Part shown: one piece after another, positions 16,051 through 20,000 of the stretch
Numbering within the stretch: the first letter of the stretch is position 1
How the letters are laid out: each line of letters starts with the position of its first letter
Virus record (IMG/VR): IMGVR_UViG_3300035327_000120
Origin: an uncultured virus (IMG/VR IMGVR_UViG_3300035327_000120)
Lineage: Duplodnaviria > Heunggongvirae > Uroviricota > Caudoviricetes
Strand: one strand, 5' to 3'
DNA length: 20,000 nucleotides
Notes under the pieces: generated by a model
The model's database searches: none
Told to the model about the DNA's origin: nothing
The model's input: only the letters and a program-made list of their open reading frames with translations
Program-made: the position numbers and the translations under genes

Positions 16051-16487
16051 AAGTATCTTTGCGCCTGTGCTATCTCAACCTCACATTGCCGGAGCAATAT
16101 TCCTTCTTCGGCAGTAGGGAGATATATGCCGGCCTCCTTTGACGACCAGTTGCGGAAACGGTCAATGCAGACAGACATTTCTTCCACTGTTAGGTCAGAG
16201 GTCGACCGGCATACTATTCGTTCTCGGTTAGTGAATTTGTCTAATTTCCGTGCCACTATGAAAGTGTCAGGATTGACAAGTTTCTTGAAATATTCCTCCT
16301 TGATATAATCAGAAGCCTCCCCATACATCACGGCGAAATAGCCGATGATGACATGGAGATAGGCATTCTGATTAAGGGAGCGTTGTCGTTTGGAGCGCAA
16401 CTCCACTACCTCCCCGCGCTCAGCGAGTAGGTTTGCTCTGGCAAGAAAATTAGCCTTTTGCAAAGGATTGGAGTTGTCGTACAGCAT
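16047..16487 (-). CDS. NinB-like recombination protein
   Basis: RSLNQNAYLH...RSTSDLTVEEMS..IDRF......GIYLP. Confidence 0.7.
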   Translation of the reverse strand: MLYDNSNPLQKANFLARANLLAERGEVVELRSKRQRSLNQNAYLHVIIGYFAVMYGEASDYIKEEYFKKLVNPDTFIVARKLDKFTNRERIVCRSTSDLTVEEMSVCIDRFRNWSSKEAGIYLPTAEEGILLRQCEVEIAQAQRYL

Positions 16488-16493
16488 ACGTTA

Positions 16494-16958
16494 TCAGATT
16501 GGAGAGGTGAACCCGGCGCCTTGTGCTACTTGCGGTGGCTGCTGCATCGAACCCGTTGCAACAGAAGCACTGGCAACTGCCTGTGGCGCAGTACCTATCT
16601 GCGGTTGCATCTGTGCTTGTTCTGTCGCAGCTCGGCCGTAGAGTTCTATCTTATACGGGCGAATGTCATTGATGATTTTCTCGGTGCCTCCCTGCGGAGT
16701 GTACTTGCGGCCTACTATGTCAAAGTAGACAGCCACATTCTGACCTACTTTGAACTGGTCGAGGTCTCGGCACTTATCGCCGATGAACGAGAACTCCGGG
16801 GTGTTCTCATAGTCGTTCACGGGTTCGCCGGTATTCGGGTCGAAGCGGCGCACTGAAATGATGAGTGAACGCTTGATGAACGAGTTACCTGTGTTTTGAG
16901 AGGTGAGGTTCTGGGCCTCCCCGATAAAGAGAATTTGCCCGATGATGAAATTTGCCAT
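16494..16958 (-). CDS. DUF3127 OB-fold single-stranded DNA-binding protein
   Basis: Start at ATG 16958 (MANFIIGQIL); FSFIGDKC..LDQFKVGQ.V.V.FDI.GR..; Q/A-rich tail. Confidence 0.8.
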   Translation of the reverse strand: MANFIIGQILFIGEAQNLTSQNTGNSFIKRSLIISVRRFDPNTGEPVNDYENTPEFSFIGDKCRDLDQFKVGQNVAVYFDIVGRKYTPQGGTEKIINDIRPYKIELYGRAATEQAQMQPQIGTAPQAVASASVATGSMQQPPQVAQGAGFTSPI

Positions 16959-16969
16959 ATCTTGATTTT

Positions 16970-17563
16970 TTAGACTGTTAATGTTCTGTTCCATGAGAGC
17001 AATACCTCTATTGCGTCCTTTGATTTGCGAGGCACCTCCACGCACATGGAGCGCCCGTATCTTGGTTTAGGCAGCCATATAGCGAGAAGCCTTTTGGCCT
17101 TGAGAGTCGGGTTCTGACGTTCAAAGAGATATGCGTAAGTTGAGAGTTGCCACGATAAATACTCCATATCGAGTTTCGATGTGGTCTTTAGATCGACAAG
17201 AGAGAGGTCATCAAAAATTGTGTCGATTGAGCTTGCTATCTCACTTTCATCTGATACCAAATACTCACTTGCCAATGTCTTTACTCCGAGGTCTGCCTTG
17301 ATGCGCAGATAGTCCTGAACAGCAGGGGTATCGCTCGTAACTCCGAGGCTGTCTACCAGCTCAATCTGTTCATGGATATTGTGGCCATAATCTGCGGCTT
17401 TCGCCAAGACCTCTTTTGATATACCTTTGTACTTATCCTTGAAAAGGGTACGAGATAACATGGAGGTTACACCGGACAGGCTTTTCCCGTCGAGCGTATA
17501 GGTGTGGTCAAGTTCATTAAACACAACCCTTGACCTCACGAGTTCTATTGGGGCCTGTGTCAT
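16970..17563 (-). CDS. PD-(D/E)XK exonuclease (Cas4/RecB-like), partner of ERF
   Basis: VFNELDHTY....LSGVTSML...G.NIHEQIE...IASSID...LVDLKTT...WQLSTYAY. ATG 17563 gives an ATGA overlap. Confidence 0.85.
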   Translation of the reverse strand: MTQAPIELVRSRVVFNELDHTYTLDGKSLSGVTSMLSRTLFKDKYKGISKEVLAKAADYGHNIHEQIELVDSLGVTSDTPAVQDYLRIKADLGVKTLASEYLVSDESEIASSIDTIFDDLSLVDLKTTSKLDMEYLSWQLSTYAYLFERQNPTLKAKRLLAIWLPKPRYGRSMCVEVPRKSKDAIEVLLSWNRTLTV

Positions 17564-18201
17564 AATCCGAGTTCCTTTTTCTTTGTCGACATACATTGTG
17601 TGAATGTCGGGTTCTGATGTAGTGCCGAGTTGGAGTTCCAGACGTTCATAAGTGCGTCCCGGTCAGATACGCCGACAATAGAGGTCAGAGCAGCCACAAG
17701 TTCAGCCTCCTTAACCGAGTCAAGAGATTGGATTATCTCGTTGATTGTCTTGGGACGTGTTTCAGGGGGAGTTGTGGCGTCGGGGTCTTTCTGTTCTTCA
17801 GTAGGTATCAGGAGCATCTGCATGAGGGCATATTTCAATGCTATGCTCATGGCCTTATTCATTCCTTTATCGCCGGAGTCCATCGCTTCGCCGACATTGA
17901 TAGCGATTGCCTCGGAACCGTCATCGGCAACAAAATGGAACTTGATTTTGGCTCGTGTATAATAGAGGATAGTACCTTTGCCTGTTACTTTTTCTGCAAC
18001 GGTGTAATCGAGGACTTCGGGGAGAATGAAAACCCCGTTGTTGGCGAATAGGTCATGCAGCTCGTTCATTACGGCATCTATGCCTCGGAACATGAAGCCT
18101 TGCTGCTGGTTTCTGGAACTCTTAGTGATAGCTTTGGTTTCCTTCATTATGGCCGCTATTGCTCCATAAATTTTAGGTACCGTGGAGGGTTGTTCGTCCA
18201 T
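17560..18201 (-). CDS. erf: ERF-family single-strand annealing protein
   Basis: KSSRNQQQGFMFRGIDAV...GEAMDSGDKGMNKAMSIALKYAL...IPT.E..DPD. Confidence 0.88.
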   Translation of the reverse strand: MDEQPSTVPKIYGAIAAIMKETKAITKSSRNQQQGFMFRGIDAVMNELHDLFANNGVFILPEVLDYTVAEKVTGKGTILYYTRAKIKFHFVADDGSEAIAINVGEAMDSGDKGMNKAMSIALKYALMQMLLIPTEEQKDPDATTPPETRPKTINEIIQSLDSVKEAELVAALTSIVGVSDRDALMNVWNSNSALHQNPTFTQCMSTKKKELGL

Positions 18202-18265
18202 GAGTTTTATTCCGTTTGTTGTTTGTAAAATCTTGCATATTTGATAATGCGGAGATTTAGATTGA

Positions 18266-18283
18266 TTAAACTTATTTGCTTAT
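18266..18283. repeat. Core motif copy, TTAAACTTATTTGCTTAT, next to hairpin TCCGG-CC-ttgttt-GG-a-CCGGA
   Basis: In the intergenic leader of erf, about 65 nt upstream of the ATG. Confidence 0.85.
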
Positions 18284-18326
18284 GGTCCGGCCTTGTTTGG
18301 ACCGGATATTGTAATTATTGGAGGGC

Positions 18327-18593
18327 CTACTGTGTCAAAGTTTCGCAAAAATACGATGTGTTTTTCAGAGGTTTTACATTGCGAACTATATCCGCAAGAT
18401 TAAATCTCCACATGGTATTCGCGCTTCCCTCCGGCTTTGAATATCGCACCTTTCCGTCGAGCATCAGGCGCTCCAATCTTTTCTCTCCACCTACGAGCAT
18501 GACTGCTTTTCGGTATGAAACATGGAGCCTTTCAGTCCGCCTTAAAAGTGATTGATATTTTTGAGCCATAACGTCAACGGCGATTTCAGGCAT
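18327..18593 (-). CDS. Excisionase-like (Xis/AlpA-type) small DNA-binding protein
   Basis: SYRKAVMLVGGEKRLERLM.DGKVRY.K......WRFNLADIV; second gene of the early operon. Confidence 0.6.
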   Translation of the reverse strand: MPEIAVDVMAQKYQSLLRRTERLHVSYRKAVMLVGGEKRLERLMLDGKVRYSKPEGSANTMWRFNLADIVRNVKPLKNTSYFCETLTQ

Positions 18594-18880
18594 TAGTTTA
18601 TTCTTGTTACTACTACCGTGAAATCCTGCTTGTTAGTAACTGCTTCCGCGTCCCAGCCTTGTCGCATATAGTCCGACCTAAACCTTGATAAGGTGTTCAG
18701 GATAGTGGAGCGTTGCTCAATCGGGAATGTCGCTTTGTCGCCTACCTTGAGCTTGCGTAATGTGGAGGACACAGGAAGCGGTTGCACCTGTATTGGTATG
18801 GCCGTATCACCATCTCGAAGCTCCATTGGAGGTGCGCTCGGTACGCCAGTAAAAGGCGGATTTTGGGTGTTTGTTTCCAT
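18593..18880 (-). CDS. First gene of the early operon, hypothetical DNA-binding protein in the Cro position
   Basis: 95 aa, divergent from the repressor; TLRKLKVGDKATFP...VVVTRIN. Confidence 0.65.
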   Translation of the reverse strand: METNTQNPPFTGVPSAPPMELRDGDTAIPIQVQPLPVSSTLRKLKVGDKATFPIEQRSTILNTLSRFRSDYMRQGWDAEAVTNKQDFTVVVTRIN

Positions 18881-18898
18881 CTGTTCCAGATTTTCGAT

Positions 18899-18928
18899 GT
18901 TAAAACTTATTTGCTTATAAGCAAGTTT
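18899..18928. repeat. 30-bp repeat copy 2, in the early-operon leader
   Basis: Identical to 9039-9068; 18 nt upstream of ATG 18880. Confidence 0.95.
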
Positions 18929-18941
18929 TTGCTTATCTTTG
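18910..18941 (+). promoter_or_regulatory. Promoter candidate for the repressor
   Basis: TTTG (18910-18913)-N20-TATCTTTG (18934-18941). Confidence 0.65.
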
Positions 18942-18968
18942 TTGTAGTTGTTGATTATGTTTGTGATG

Positions 18969-19000
18969 CAAAGTTAGTGATAATTTTTGAATTGACCAAT
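18969..19000 (-). promoter_or_regulatory. Early (lytic) promoter candidate
   Basis: Minus strand ATTG-N20-TAACTTTG. Confidence 0.65.
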
Positions 19001-19111
19001 CAAATCTTATCATTTTTACGGTTGCAATCGCAAATAATCGCATTTTTAACATTTGGCTCCAGTCAGAGGTGCCGAGGAACTTGTTTAACTTAAAAAGATA
19101 GCGTCGTAAAG

Positions 19112-19597
19112 ATGACAGAAGAAGAAAAGGTTGCCAACTGCGTTGACGCGGCTTCCATACGCGAGCAACTGCTTGAAGCACTCCACATGACAGCAGGGGA
19201 GCTTGCTACTGCACTGGGCATAAACTACCAACGCATTTACGACCTCGGAACAGGTCGCACTAAGAAATTCAATCCCGGCATGGTTCGCCTGATAACAAAG
19301 ACTTTTCCACAGGTCAATCCACATTTCTTATATACCGGCAACGGTTCTGTATTGCTCCCAAATGGTGGCAATAATCAGAGTGCCGGTCTTGGCGCTCCAG
19401 AACTTGCTGAAATCTTGGCGATGTCTAAGAGGTTGCTTCAACTTATGGAAAGGCTTGATGCAAAAGACTCAGACCTGCGCGATCGAGAGAATAAACTTAT
19501 TGCTCGTGAGGCAGAGGTCAGTCAGCGCGAAAGGGCCGTCAATGATAGAGAACTTGAAATCCGCAAACGCGAACTTGAAAGTTCCCCAGTATCATAG
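19112..19597 (+). CDS. CI-like HTH repressor with C-terminal coiled coil
   Basis: MTAGELATALGINYQRIYDLGTGRTKK HTH, FPQVNPHFLYTGNG; divergent from the early operon. Confidence 0.8.
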   Translation: MTEEEKVANCVDAASIREQLLEALHMTAGELATALGINYQRIYDLGTGRTKKFNPGMVRLITKTFPQVNPHFLYTGNGSVLLPNGGNNQSAGLGAPELAEILAMSKRLLQLMERLDAKDSDLRDRENKLIAREAEVSQRERAVNDRELEIRKRELESSPVS

Positions 19598-19628
19598 TCT
19601 AAACTCGCTTAGGTTTCGATATTTGCAG

Positions 19629-19910
19629 ATGATGTGTAGAGAGGTACAGAATTGCGCAAGCACACGGCCTAATATATTATGGTGTAGGTTATCTTCCGAC
19701 TGCCGAGGCTGGGGCTGCCGACACCTCCGCGTGTTCCCCGACACTTTACCGGTTACAGAACATGATAGAGGCAAACTATTCTCGAAAGTCTACGCAGAAG
19801 CAGAAAAGAGGGGTATTCTGGAGTGCCCTCATTTCGTCCCCACGTTGATTGATGACGTGGTGGAAAGCGAAACCGAACTGCTCTCAATAATGAGGCACAA
19901 AACACCCTAA
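19629..19910 (+). CDS. Cys-rich hypothetical protein, 93 aa
   Basis: In-frame ATG 19629 inside ORF 19362..19910, just after the repressor stop; C..C motifs (DCRGWGC, ECPHF). Confidence 0.6.
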   Translation: MMCREVQNCASTRPNILWCRLSSDCRGWGCRHLRVFPDTLPVTEHDRGKLFSKVYAEAEKRGILECPHFVPTLIDDVVESETELLSIMRHKTP

Positions 19911-20000
19911 ATTGTCTAATTATTGTCGGACGCAATCGCAAAAACACTCCTATTACTTACAAATCAATTAGTTAGGCAAGTTTATGGAGATACTCTACGA

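Larger units (their letters stand above)
1..20000. mobile_element. Temperate Bacteroidales-type phage/prophage segment
   Basis: Repressor switch, recombination/replication module, PcfJ/PcfK, terS/terL, TAnnTTTG promoters and AT-rich leaders without obvious Shine-Dalgarno sites. Confidence 0.92.

Noticed and set aside
16970..17563. Cas4-like nuclease as a CRISPR component
   Set aside because: It sits between ERF and SSB as a standard phage recombination exonuclease; no array or other cas genes.
47..18920. Many plus-strand ORFs in the track (e.g. 382..753, 855..1358, 2112..2558, 5984..6400)
   Set aside because: They are antisense shadows of well-supported minus-strand genes and have no recognisable motifs.
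9039..18928. 30-bp repeats as a CRISPR array, att sites or IS ends
   Set aside because: Only two full copies ~9.9 kb apart, no spacers, no cas, transposase or integrase genes, and they flank core replication genes.
19024..20000. GCAATCGCAAA at 19024 and 19932, and an AT-rich att-like stretch at the window end
   Set aside because: An 11-bp pair is weak evidence, and no integrase or target gene is visible to support an att call.

Overview
Part of a temperate Bacteroidales-type (pro)phage, almost entirely on the minus strand. From right to left: an immunity switch (plus-strand HTH repressor facing away from the early operon); a recombination/replication block (Xis-like, ERF annealase, PD-(D/E)XK nuclease, DUF3127 SSB, NinB-like, SF2 helicase, VRR-NUC, replication initiator); DpnD/PcfM-, PcfK- and PcfJ-like genes and small accessory ORFs; then an operon with its own Bacteroidetes promoter running tandem-HTH regulator > DUF488 > tRNA > amidoligase/DAM-like/GNAT fusion > ParB-like > saccharopine-dehydrogenase-like > terminase small and large subunits > uncharacterised virion-region genes. 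Main find: a non-canonical tRNA-Gly (anticodon ACC, A33 in place of U33, glycine identity elements intact) ends 12 nt before a Mom-like GNAT fusion enzyme. With the amine/keto-acid reductase and ParB-like gene next to it, this suggests a Gly-tRNA-dependent, multi-step DNA hypermodification system tied to packaging (inference). Second find: a ~110-nt plus-strand RNA with its own promoter and terminator is complementary to a motif in the leaders of several minus-strand phage genes, a candidate multi-target antisense immunity RNA. All family calls come from recognising motifs by eye, not from database searches.
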